Shown here: piece after piece, positions 38,894 to 47,363 of the stretch | How positions within the stretch are numbered: the stretch's first letter is position 1 | Layout of the letters: each line of letters begins with the position of its first letter | Assembly (NCBI GenBank): GCA_040902925.1 | Contig: JBBDWJ010000262.1 | Span: forward strand, 12,768-76,767 | DNA: 64,000 nucleotides | Direction of reading: 5' to 3' | Source: Bryobacterales bacterium | Lineage (GTDB): Bacteria; Acidobacteriota; Terriglobia; Bryobacterales; UBA6623 | Made by a program: the position numbers and the translations under genes | The notes under the pieces: generated by a model | Database searches by the model: none | Told to the model about the DNA's origin: nothing | The model's input: only the letters and a program-made list of their open reading frames with translations

Positions 38894-39283
38894 ATGGCGG
38901 GCGAGAACCCATTCAAAGTCGTTGCGGGGGTGCCGGACCTGTTTTTTGCGGCCAGAATCGGGGAGACGGCTCGCCAACTGGGCGTGGCCATCGAGTTTGC
39001 GTCCTCCGGCCCGGCCGTCTTGGAGAAGGCGTCCGGCGCGCCTTCGCTGGTCATTCTGGACCTCGGCGCCGCCACGCTCGATCCGATCAAGCTGATCGCG
39101 CAACTCAAGGCTGACCCGGGCCCCGATATAGCTCGCGTGGTCGGGTTCGTCAACCATGAGCGGACCGATCTGATCGAGCAGGCGCGCGAGGCGGGCTGTG
39201 ACCAGGTTCTCACTCGCGGCGCATTCACGAAGGATCTTCCGGGCTTGTTGACCGGCGCGCCACTTCTTCGCGGCCTTGAATAG
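38894..39283 (+). CDS. receiver-like (CheY-fold) single-domain protein, hypothetical
   Basis: AAGGAG RBS. The alternating beta/alpha pattern includes LVILDLG at the phospho-acceptor position, but there is no clear N-terminal acidic pair. Confidence 0.4.
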   Translation: MAGENPFKVVAGVPDLFFAARIGETARQLGVAIEFASSGPAVLEKASGAPSLVILDLGAATLDPIKLIAQLKADPGPDIARVVGFVNHERTDLIEQAREAGCDQVLTRGAFTKDLPGLLTGAPLLRGLE

Positions 39284-39357
39284 GGCTTGAGTCAGCTTCC
39301 CGAAAGAGGACTTCGCAAAGTCGTTTGCTATAATCCTTGCAACCGAAGGAAATCTTT

Positions 39358-39819
39358 ATGGCCGCACCAGAAGAAACCGGCGCTACCGAAACGAACGGAT
39401 CCGCAACTCCGCCTCCGCCGAAGCCCGCCGCCAAACCCAAGCCGGCCCGGCCGGGTATCGAGTTGCCGACGGTAGATCTGGGTTTAGTCAAAGCGGAGCC
39501 CTGGTCGGAAGGCCTTTCCACCCCGCGGAAAAAGAAGCCCAAGGAGCTGGCCGTCACGAACGAATGCTGCACCGGATGCGCCGGTTCGCCCGTTTGCATC
39601 ACCTATTGCCCGGTCGAAGAGTGCATGTTCTGGGTGCCCGACGAGGACCATCCTCCCTTCGGCCGCATCGACGTGGATTACCAGCTTTGCATCGGCTGCA
39701 AGAAGTGCATCAGCAAGGGCCCCGACGACACCTTCCTCGATGGCTGCCCTTGGGACGCCATCGACATGGTGCCAACCGAGGACGTCGAAGGAAATCTCGG
39801 CGTCAAATTCGCCTACTGA
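39358..39819 (+). CDS. 4Fe-4S dicluster ferredoxin-type protein with a disordered Pro/Ala/Lys-rich N-terminus
   Basis: Contains CTGCAGSPVCITYCP and CIGCKKC...GCPWDAI. The ATG at 39358 has GAAGGA upstream, and a TATAAT hexamer lies at 39328-39333. Confidence 0.7.
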   Translation: MAAPEETGATETNGSATPPPPKPAAKPKPARPGIELPTVDLGLVKAEPWSEGLSTPRKKKPKELAVTNECCTGCAGSPVCITYCPVEECMFWVPDEDHPPFGRIDVDYQLCIGCKKCISKGPDDTFLDGCPWDAIDMVPTEDVEGNLGVKFAY

Positions 39820-39955
39820 TCTCCCACGATCGGACCAACGCGCCCGTTGCCGGTCCCCGCTCTACGACGGTAGCGAAGACACAGCCGTGTTGGTTGCGTT
39901 CCATCCGCGCCTGCCGCTAGCCTGAATACTTACGATCCCGTTTGGAGGCCCGATC

Positions 39956-40336
39956 ATGGTTCATTCCGAGCGATTCCTGCAAATCGTCAATGATGCCAAG
40001 ACCCGCATTAAGGAAGTCACCGCCGACGACGTGAAACGCAGCCATGAGTCCGGCGAAGACTTCGTGTTGATCGACACTCGCGAAGACTCGGAGTGGGATA
40101 AGGCGCACGCCGCGGGATCTATCCATCTCGGCAAGGGGATCATCGAGCGCGACATCGAAGGCAAGGTCCCCGACACATCGAAGAAGCTGGTGCTCTACTG
40201 CGGCGGGGGATTTCGCTCGGCGCTTGCGGCCGACGCGCTGCAAAAGATGGGCTACACCAACGTCTACTCGCTGGCAGGGGGTTGGCGAGCCTGGAATGAT
40301 GCGAAGTTGCCGATTGAAGAAGGCGGCGGCTCTTAG
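39956..40336 (+). CDS. rhodanese-like sulfurtransferase domain protein
   Basis: Active-site loop LYCGGGFRS, with a GGAGG RBS. Confidence 0.85.
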   Translation: MVHSERFLQIVNDAKTRIKEVTADDVKRSHESGEDFVLIDTREDSEWDKAHAAGSIHLGKGIIERDIEGKVPDTSKKLVLYCGGGFRSALAADALQKMGYTNVYSLAGGWRAWNDAKLPIEEGGGS

Positions 40337-40348
40337 CGGGTTCGCTGG

Positions 40349-41302
40349 TTACGCGATTCCGTCGAACAGGGCGCTGCTCAGATAGCGCTCGCCGCCATCG
40401 GGCAAGATCGTCACGATCAGCTTGCCCGCCATCTCCGGCTCCTTGGCAACCCGGCAAGCCACGGCGGCAGCCGCGCCGCACGAGATGCCGCAAAGAATCC
40501 CTTCCTCTTTCGCCACGCGGCGCGCGAATTCGATCGCCTCTTCATCCTGGATGGTCTCAACGCGGTCAAGGATCGAAAGATCCAACGTGTCGGGAATGAA
40601 ACCCGCGCCGATGCCCTGGATAGCGGTGTGACCGGGCGTGACTTTCTTGCGTGCCAGAGTCTGTGTGATCACCGGGCTGCTGGCGGGCTCGACGCCGATC
40701 GAAATGATCTTCCTACCCTTCTGTTTGAGGTAGCGTGAGATGCCGCTGATGGTGCCGCCGGTGCCGACCCCGGCCACGAGCACGTCGATGGCGCCGTTGG
40801 TGTCTTCCCAGATCTCCGGCCCTGTCGTCTCGAAATGAATCGCCGGGTTGGCCGGGTTCTTGAACTGCTGCAGCATCAGGTACCGCTCGGGTTCGGCGGC
40901 GACCAAGTCTTCGGCGCGAGCGATCGAACCGTACATGCCGTCGTCCCCGGGAGTCAGCTCGAGATTCGCGCCCAGCATTTTCAGTACGCGGCGGCGCTCG
41001 ATGCTCATCGTCTCGGGCATCGTCAGAGTGATTTTGTAGCCACGCGCCGCGCATACGAACGCCAGCGCTATGCCCGTGTTGCCGCTGGTCGGCTCAATGA
41101 GCTCTTTGCCGGGTTTGAGCACGCCGCGCTTTTCGGCGTCCCAGATCATCGACGCGCCGATGCGGCATTTCACCGAATAGGCCGGATTGCGACCCTCGAC
41201 CTTGCCGAGCACCGTCGCCTTCGCTCCATCGGTCACGCGATTGAACCGCACCAAAGGCGTGCGCCCGATGCTCAACGAGTTGTCTTCAAAAAATCGGCCC
41301 AT
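40349..41302 (-). CDS. cysK: cysteine synthase A (O-acetylserine sulfhydrylase)
   Basis: PAYSVKCR carries the PLP lysine; [11 protein letters not shown] and GTGGTISG are present. I chose the start at MGRFFEDN. The longer track ORF runs into the upstream repeats. Confidence 0.92.
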   Translation of the reverse strand: MGRFFEDNSLSIGRTPLVRFNRVTDGAKATVLGKVEGRNPAYSVKCRIGASMIWDAEKRGVLKPGKELIEPTSGNTGIALAFVCAARGYKITLTMPETMSIERRRVLKMLGANLELTPGDDGMYGSIARAEDLVAAEPERYLMLQQFKNPANPAIHFETTGPEIWEDTNGAIDVLVAGVGTGGTISGISRYLKQKGRKIISIGVEPASSPVITQTLARKKVTPGHTAIQGIGAGFIPDTLDLSILDRVETIQDEEAIEFARRVAKEEGILCGISCGAAAAVACRVAKEPEMAGKLIVTILPDGGERYLSSALFDGIA

Positions 41303-41333
41303 GGAATCCGACCAATCTGATTTTCTCGTGATG

Positions 41334-41482
41334 GGGACAATCACCCGGCTATTGCCGCCGGAATCCATCCTCAAAATTGTGCGCGGTCGTTATAGGGACA
41401 GTCACGCGGTTATCGCCGCCTGAATCCACGCCCAAATTCTGCCCGGGGTGACTGTCCCCCCTGAACAGTCCCCCCTGAACAC
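41334..41482. repeat. structured intergenic repeat block: a ~61-bp tandem duplication, an 11-bp stem and a 14-nt tandem repeat
   Basis: Units start at 41334 (gggacaatcac...) and 41395 (gggacagtcac...), roughly three quarters identical over about 50 nt. gggacagtcac (41395-41405) pairs with gtgactgtccc (41448-41458). The unit tcccccctgaacaN occurs twice at 41455-41482. Confidence 0.7.
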
Positions 41483-41497
41483 AGTGGCTGTCTCCGG

Positions 41498-41932
41498 CTA
41501 GATCTGCCAGTTGGCAACCTGCCGTGTACTGTTCTCGCGCCAGCGCGACACCAAGTCGGCAAACGTGGTTCGATCGAGCACGCCGGCGAGCGCTTCCTCC
41601 ACTTCTCCCCAGAACTCCGGGAACGGCGAGTCGGGCGGCAGGCCCTCGCGCAACTGCCTGCGGGCGGGGGAGATCGGCCCGTCGATATGCCGCAAAATCT
41701 CTCCCACGGTGATCGTTTCCGCCGGCTTCGCCAGAAAATAACCGCCTTCGGCGCCGCGCCGCGAGGCCAGGAATCCGCCCTGCTTGAGCTGCGAGAGGAT
41801 CAGCTCCAGAAACTTCTGGGGGATAGCCTGACGGCCTGCGATCTCGGCGATTTTCGTCGGCTGCGGACCCTCCCTTGAGGCCAGGTCGAACACCGCGCGT
41901 AAAGCGTACTCGCTCTTGACCGAAATCTCCAC
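41498..41932 (-). CDS. Rrf2-family transcriptional regulator (CymR/IscR-like)
   Basis: MEISVKSEYALRAVFDLA... plus a winged HTH IPQKFLELILSQLKQGGFLASRRGAEGGY. It lies directly upstream of cysK. Confidence 0.88.
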   Translation of the reverse strand: MEISVKSEYALRAVFDLASREGPQPTKIAEIAGRQAIPQKFLELILSQLKQGGFLASRRGAEGGYFLAKPAETITVGEILRHIDGPISPARRQLREGLPPDSPFPEFWGEVEEALAGVLDRTTFADLVSRWRENSTRQVANWQI

Positions 41933-42107
41933 GTTTCAATCTCTATCGACTTACTAGAGATTACGGGAAAGGGCGGAATCCGTCAAATGCCCGAGGCTTG
42001 CATTGCCCATCGCCGAGCACGTTCACGTGCAGGCTAATCTGGCCCGCCCTGCCATTCCGGAATCCGCTGCTTGCCCGCGGCTCCCGCGATCCGGCATCCT
42101 AAAGCGC

Positions 42108-42287
42108 GTGGCCGATTTCCTCATCAATGCGGCTTTGCTGCTTCTGATCCTCGGTTCCAGCGCCCTGTTGACCAACGCCTTCGCTCGTTGGATGTATTAC
42201 AAATGCAGCGAGTGCGGCAGCCTGAACGCCAAACGCAGAAGCCACTGCCGTATCTGTGGTCAGGGCCTCGGGCCGGGATCGGGTTGA
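42108..42287 (+). CDS. possible small membrane protein with a C-terminal zinc ribbon (hypothetical)
   Basis: One TM (FLINAALLLLILGSSALL) followed by CSECGSLNAKRRSHCRIC. The start is unclear (GTG 42108 or TTG 42003) and there is no clear RBS. Confidence 0.3.
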   Translation: MADFLINAALLLLILGSSALLTNAFARWMYYKCSECGSLNAKRRSHCRICGQGLGPGSG

Positions 42288-42357
42288 ACTTGCCCGCGTG
42301 ACCTATCTGAGTTGTCGTAGCACTAATTGTGCCTTTTGTGCTACTATCTCCGGATCT

Positions 42358-44439
42358 ATGGTGCGCCCTGTTCTTCCCCTCGCGCTCGCACTCCTGGGAG
42401 TTGCCATCGGCCCGGCTCAATCCCCTAAAGGGAGCGCGCCTTCGGCTCCGAAAACCGAGGACCTGCTGCAGCCACTGCACTACAGCATCGTAATCACCGC
42501 TACGCCGCTGGGTCCCGAGATCGAGCGCCGCAACAGCACTGTGTTCGAGCAGACGCTGTTCTCGCGTGACGACCAGGTATTTCATCTGCTCGACGCCGGC
42601 ATCAATGCCGGGCAGCACGAGGGCGGCGGCAAATCGATCGAAGTTCGCCGCTTCGGCTTCAACATGGACCATGGCGGCGTCAACGGCGGGCTGCGCGTGA
42701 TGGTCGACAACGTTCCGCAGAACCACTCGACGCAAGGGCACGGGCAGGGCTACCTGGGTTCGCTCAAGAGCCTGACGCCGGAACTGGTCGAGGAAGCCCA
42801 CCTCATCAACGGGCCGTTCAGCGCCGAATACGGCGACTACAGCGGCTTAGGAGTGGTTCACGTCCGGCTTCGCGAGTCGCTGCCGCAGCGCTTTACGGCG
42901 CGGCTGATGGGCGGCCGCTATGACACCTTCCGGGGCTTCCTCGCCTACAGTCCGAACGTAAACAATCGCGATGCCGTGTTCGCCTACGAGGGTTCGTATT
43001 CCAATGGTCCCTTTCTCAAGCCCCTCGACTACACGCGGCACAATGTCACCGGCAACTATACGTGGGTGCTGGAAGAAAACAAACGCTTCGGCTTGAAGTG
43101 GAACGCCGGAACGAACCGCTTCAATTCCTCGGGCCAGATTCCCATCGACGAAGTCGTGGCCGGACGGCTGGACCGTTACGGCAGCCAAAGCCCGGGCGAC
43201 GGCGGCGACGTGCACAACGGCCGGCTGGGCGCCTATTTCAGCAAGGAGTATGCGAATCGCGGCATGCTCAAGCTCGATGGTTTCGCCGAGCGCTCGCTGT
43301 TTGACCTCTATTCGAACTTCACGTTCTTTCTCAACGACCCCGAGAACGGCGACGGCATACAACAGCACGACTCGCGCTTGTCCGAAGGCGCCAACGCGCA
43401 ATATCTGCGGCCGCATACCTGGGAGGGCGGCATCGGCTTGTTCAGCGCCGGCTTCAATTACCTCGACACGCAGACTAACGTCGACCTGCGCCACAGCGTC
43501 AACCGCAACCCCATTGGGCTGTTCACCTCGGGGCACGCACGCGTGGCCAACGGCGGCGGATACGTGCAGCAGAATGTGACCTTAGCCGACGGCAAGCTCG
43601 AGCTGGGCGGCGGCTTGCGCTGGGATTTCTTCCGGTTCGCCCTGCAGGACATCCTCGAGCCGGAGTTCAGTGGCGTCGAATACTCCACCAAGCTGCAGCC
43701 CAAGGCGCAGGTCGCTTACCGTCCCTGGCTTCGCGCGCCACTCAAGCTCTATTTCAACTATGGCCGAGGCATCGCCTCGATGGACGCTCGCGGTGTCGTT
43801 CGCCGTCCCGACGGACCCCATATCGCCACCACCGATTTCATGCAGTTCGGCACGTCGCATCGCTTTCACGATCGCTTTTCGCTGCTCACGGATTTCTTCC
43901 TGATTCAGCCTTCCAACCAACTGGTCTACATTCCCGACGACGGCTCCATCGAGTTCAGCGGCCCCAGCCGCTCTTATGGATTCGAAGTGAAAACGTCGGT
44001 CGCCCTGACTCGCAACCTGGCGCTCGACGCCGGTATGACGAAGGTGCTCAACGCCTACTATCGAGGCGGGGAATCGCGCATCTATCTCGACAGCGCGCCG
44101 CGATTTACCGCCAACGCGTCGCTGACGATGGCGGACTGGCGCGGCTGGAGCGGTTCGCTGCGCATGCGGGCGATCAACCACTACCGGCTCGACGGCGAAG
44201 ATCCCTCGATCGTTGCTTCCGGCCACACGGTTTTCGATTTGGCTCTCGCCCGCCAGATTCGCCGCGGAGTCGAGCTGAACTTTGGGGTGGACAATCTGTT
44301 CGGCCGCGAATACTGGGAGACCCAAAACTTCTTCGAGTCGCGGCTGCCGGGGCAGCCGCCCATCGAGCGGATTCACGCCACACCGGCATACGGCGCGACG
44401 GTAGTCGTCGGAGTGACCTTCCGGTTCGCCGAAAAATAG
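42358..44439 (+). CDS. TonB-dependent outer-membrane receptor
   Basis: I chose the start at MVRPVLPLALALLGVAIGPAQS (signal peptide). A plug-like N-terminus is followed by a long beta-barrel with aromatic-rich repeats, ending ...YGATVVVGVTFRF. Confidence 0.8.
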   Translation: MVRPVLPLALALLGVAIGPAQSPKGSAPSAPKTEDLLQPLHYSIVITATPLGPEIERRNSTVFEQTLFSRDDQVFHLLDAGINAGQHEGGGKSIEVRRFGFNMDHGGVNGGLRVMVDNVPQNHSTQGHGQGYLGSLKSLTPELVEEAHLINGPFSAEYGDYSGLGVVHVRLRESLPQRFTARLMGGRYDTFRGFLAYSPNVNNRDAVFAYEGSYSNGPFLKPLDYTRHNVTGNYTWVLEENKRFGLKWNAGTNRFNSSGQIPIDEVVAGRLDRYGSQSPGDGGDVHNGRLGAYFSKEYANRGMLKLDGFAERSLFDLYSNFTFFLNDPENGDGIQQHDSRLSEGANAQYLRPHTWEGGIGLFSAGFNYLDTQTNVDLRHSVNRNPIGLFTSGHARVANGGGYVQQNVTLADGKLELGGGLRWDFFRFALQDILEPEFSGVEYSTKLQPKAQVAYRPWLRAPLKLYFNYGRGIASMDARGVVRRPDGPHIATTDFMQFGTSHRFHDRFSLLTDFFLIQPSNQLVYIPDDGSIEFSGPSRSYGFEVKTSVALTRNLALDAGMTKVLNAYYRGGESRIYLDSAPRFTANASLTMADWRGWSGSLRMRAINHYRLDGEDPSIVASGHTVFDLALARQIRRGVELNFGVDNLFGREYWETQNFFESRLPGQPPIERIHATPAYGATVVVGVTFRFAEK

Positions 44440-44800
44440 GCGGCCCGGCTCCGTCAACCCGCACCCTCCAAGCGCCCCAAATCACCCTTCGAAGACTGCT
44501 CGACACTACCGATCCGTCCTCAAAACGCCGCCGCAAACGGCGGCCGTCAATCCGCAAAACGAACGGGTGTTTCCTCTATACGCTCTCAGGTGTTTGCCTG
44601 AGCGGGAGGGGTACATCGGTTGGCGCGAGTGGTACCGCCGTTCCGCTGCTTTTCGGGTGTTCCCCGCAAACAAAGAGGTACCCCTACGGCGCGCAAAAAA
44701 GTACCGCTGCTCCATTGAGCTACGGGCGCGATGGCCGCACAATCATCGCAGGAGGAAACACCGAGTCACTAGCGGTGTGAAACCCCCAGAAGGAATTCAG

Positions 44801-45046
44801 ATGATAAGCAACTTAATGATTCAACTCCTCGGCAAACTCCACGAAGCCACGCGCCGCGCGCGAGAGAACGCCGAGTCGGGCCAAGGTATGGTCGAGTACG
44901 CGCTGTTAGCCGGCCTTGTGGCGGTCGTTGCCGGCGCTACCATGGCGGCGTCGCCCACGATGTCCGACAGCATGCAGAGGCTGATGAACAAGATCGCGAA
45001 GTACGTTGCGCTGGCCGCCGGCGCATCGCAAGCCATCTCCTGCTAA
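44801..45046 (+). CDS. flp: Flp/Fap-family type IVb pilin (orphan)
   Basis: ATG at 44801 with AGAAGGAA upstream. ESGQG/MVEYALLAGLVAVVAG matches the Flp prepilin processing motif G/xxxEY plus a hydrophobic helix. No tad genes are in the window. Confidence 0.7.
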   Translation: MISNLMIQLLGKLHEATRRARENAESGQGMVEYALLAGLVAVVAGATMAASPTMSDSMQRLMNKIAKYVALAAGASQAISC

Positions 45047-45311
45047 CTCGTCGCCGCTCCAGTGAGCCACCTCGGCGCACATCGACAAACTGACATTCGG
45101 TAAGACTCTATCGCGCCGTAGCAAAAGGCAGCCGCAAGAGCTTTCCATAGAAGAGTGTGGACCGTGCCGGGCTAAACCCCGGCCGAGCTGGCGGTCTGAC
45201 TACGGCTGCCACACTTCGCGGGTAAGAGCTCGGATCGCCTGCTGCGATTTCCGCATCGCCCGGAGAGGCGGCCGTTGTTGGTGGTTTGGCGAAGGTACTT
45301 CGAAAGCAGCG

Positions 45312-46355
45312 CTAGCCCGCGGATTGCGCTGTTTCGCCGCTGCGGACGTGTTGCGCCAGGGCCGCTTCGATCTGTGCGTTGACGCCGCTGCTGTAGTATT
45401 CGAACGCGACGCGGATCGCATTCTTGATGGCGTTGGAGTTGGAGCTGCCGTGGCAGATGATGCAGACTCCCTTGACGCCCAGTAGAGGCGCGCCACCATA
45501 TTCGGAGTAATCGACGCGCCTCCGGAACTCGTCGAAGGCGTCGCGCGAGAGCACGTAGCCCAGCTTGCGCGGCAGGTTGGCCTCGAGCGCCTCGTGCAGC
45601 ATCTGCTTGACGGCCTGCACCAGCCCTTCGCTGACCTTGAGCGCAACGTTGCCGATGAAGCCATCACAAACGATAACGTCGGCTTTGCCCGTGTAGAGAT
45701 CGCGCCCTTCGACGTTGCCGATGAAGTCGATGGGAAGCCCCTTGAGCAGCGGCGTGGTTTCGCGCGTCAGCTCGTTGCCCTTGGATTCTTCCTCGCCGAT
45801 CGACAAAAGGCCGATGCGTGGCCGCGGGCGGTGGCAGATCAGGCGGGAATAGACTTCGCCCATCAAGGCGAATTGCGCCAGCATGGCTGGCTCGCAATCG
45901 ACGTTGGCGCCGACGTCGATGAGCACCGCCCAGGTTCTTTCGAGAGTCGGGAAAACCTGGGCAAGCGCGGGCCGGTAGACGCCCGGCAACACGCCGAGCA
46001 CAATCTTGCTCGTGGCCATCACGGCGCCGGTATTGCCGGCCGAAATCACGCCCTGTGCGGCGCCTTCGCGCACCAGCCTGGCGGCGACGCGGATCGAGCT
46101 GTCGCGCTTGGAGCGCAGCGCCTTGGCGGCGCTGTCGTTCATGGTGATGACTTCGCTGGCGTGAATGACTTCGATCGGCAGGTCTTTTGCGCGATGGCGC
46201 GCAAGCTCCGCGCTGACGATGGCCTGATCGCCCACCAGCGCCACGCCGACGCCATACTCGCGGGCGGCCAAGACCGCGCCTTCGACCTCGACCGCGGGGG
46301 ACTTATCGCCGCCCATGGCATCGACGGCAATCTTGATGCTTTCGCGCAAATCCAC
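45312..46355 (-). CDS. plsX: phosphate acyltransferase
   Basis: [11 protein letters not shown] near the N-terminus, with the full-length PlsX pattern. The start is uncertain: GTG 46355 or TTG 46406. Confidence 0.9.
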   Translation of the reverse strand: MDLRESIKIAVDAMGGDKSPAVEVEGAVLAAREYGVGVALVGDQAIVSAELARHRAKDLPIEVIHASEVITMNDSAAKALRSKRDSSIRVAARLVREGAAQGVISAGNTGAVMATSKIVLGVLPGVYRPALAQVFPTLERTWAVLIDVGANVDCEPAMLAQFALMGEVYSRLICHRPRPRIGLLSIGEEESKGNELTRETTPLLKGLPIDFIGNVEGRDLYTGKADVIVCDGFIGNVALKVSEGLVQAVKQMLHEALEANLPRKLGYVLSRDAFDEFRRRVDYSEYGGAPLLGVKGVCIICHGSSNSNAIKNAIRVAFEYYSSGVNAQIEAALAQHVRSGETAQSAG

Positions 46356-46446
46356 GCCCCGGAAGCTAGAAGTTAAAGGTATACACGCTCCGAGGCGCCC
46401 CCGCAACCCCAGCCGGGGGCGAGTCGTCCAGGCGGGTGTTCAGCAG

Positions 46447-46629
46447 CTATTCGCTCTCGACTTCGACCACGTCACGGCCGCGATAGGTCCCGCACTCCAA
46501 ACAGACGCGATGGGGGAGTTTGCGGGCCCCGCAGTTGGGGCAGGTGGTCGTGGAAGGAACCGTCAAATGGTCGTTCGCCCGCCGCTTGCTGGTCCGGGTC
46601 TTGGAGTGTCTACGTTTCGGATTCGGCAT
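46447..46629 (-). CDS. rpmF: 50S ribosomal protein L32
   Basis: [17 protein letters not shown]... with CPNCG...CLECG. Confidence 0.95.
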   Translation of the reverse strand: MPNPKRRHSKTRTSKRRANDHLTVPSTTTCPNCGARKLPHRVCLECGTYRGRDVVEVESE

Positions 46630-46635
46630 GATTTC

Positions 46636-47214
46636 CTACTGTTTTGTCTTGAAATGAAGGCTTTTTAGAGCGTCCCAACGCGAGTCGTCAAACGTGCTCA
46701 CGCAGTCGCAGGTCTCGCGGTTGCGGTTGACTCCGCACCCCGGGCAGATGCCTTTGCAATCTTCGCGGCACAGGCCGCGCATGGGTAACCACAACATGAC
46801 CTGCTCTTGCACAACGTCCGCCAGCTCCAAACCTTGGCCCTCATAGAAGCCGATATCAGTGTCCTGGCGGTCGATCGGAACCGATTCGTTGCGCGCGATC
46901 AACGTCATCGGATAGTAGTAAAGGTCGAAGCTGTTATCGAAGGCTTCCGACAAAGGCTCCAGACAGCGGCCGCAGCCAGACTCCAAGCGCCCCTGGATGG
47001 TTCCTCGCACGCGGATAGTCCGCGAACCGGCCCGATCCAGCAGTTCCGCGGCGCCGGCCGCCCGCACATCCCCGACCTGCTTCCAATCCTCGGGTAAGCT
47101 TAGAAATCCTGCAGGAGTTACCTCGTCGAACTCTAACCGCCGATGTTCCAGCAGGTTAACGTCAATGAACACGGCTCGCCCCCTGGGCGGGCAACGCCCA
47201 AAATCATTATACAA
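46636..47214 (-). CDS. yceD: YceD/DUF177-family protein (23S rRNA accumulation protein)
   Basis: C-terminal CREDCKGICPGCGVNRNRETCDC, in the conserved position upstream of rpmF-plsX. The start may instead be the GTG at 47172. Confidence 0.8.
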   Translation of the reverse strand: MYNDFGRCPPRGRAVFIDVNLLEHRRLEFDEVTPAGFLSLPEDWKQVGDVRAAGAAELLDRAGSRTIRVRGTIQGRLESGCGRCLEPLSEAFDNSFDLYYYPMTLIARNESVPIDRQDTDIGFYEGQGLELADVVQEQVMLWLPMRGLCREDCKGICPGCGVNRNRETCDCVSTFDDSRWDALKSLHFKTKQ

Positions 47215-47363
47215 GCCTGGTTGCCGTACCCACCAGCGCCGGCAGCCTGTTCATCGTGCCAGACCGGCAGCCAGGCCAAAAAACTACCAGAATGGTGGGA
47301 AGGCCCGAGCGCGGGAGCCGGACGTCGGCGACGGGGCTCGCCCGCCGCCAACGGCTCCAGAAG

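Noticed and set aside
44700-44735. Possible tRNA gene on the minus strand (gcgcccgtagctcaatggagcagcgg)
   Set aside because: Only the acceptor 5' strand and a shortened D-arm are recognisable. I could not build an anticodon stem, a T-arm (no GTTCRANNC) or a complementary 3' acceptor strand. I treat it as a tRNA-like fragment, not a gene.
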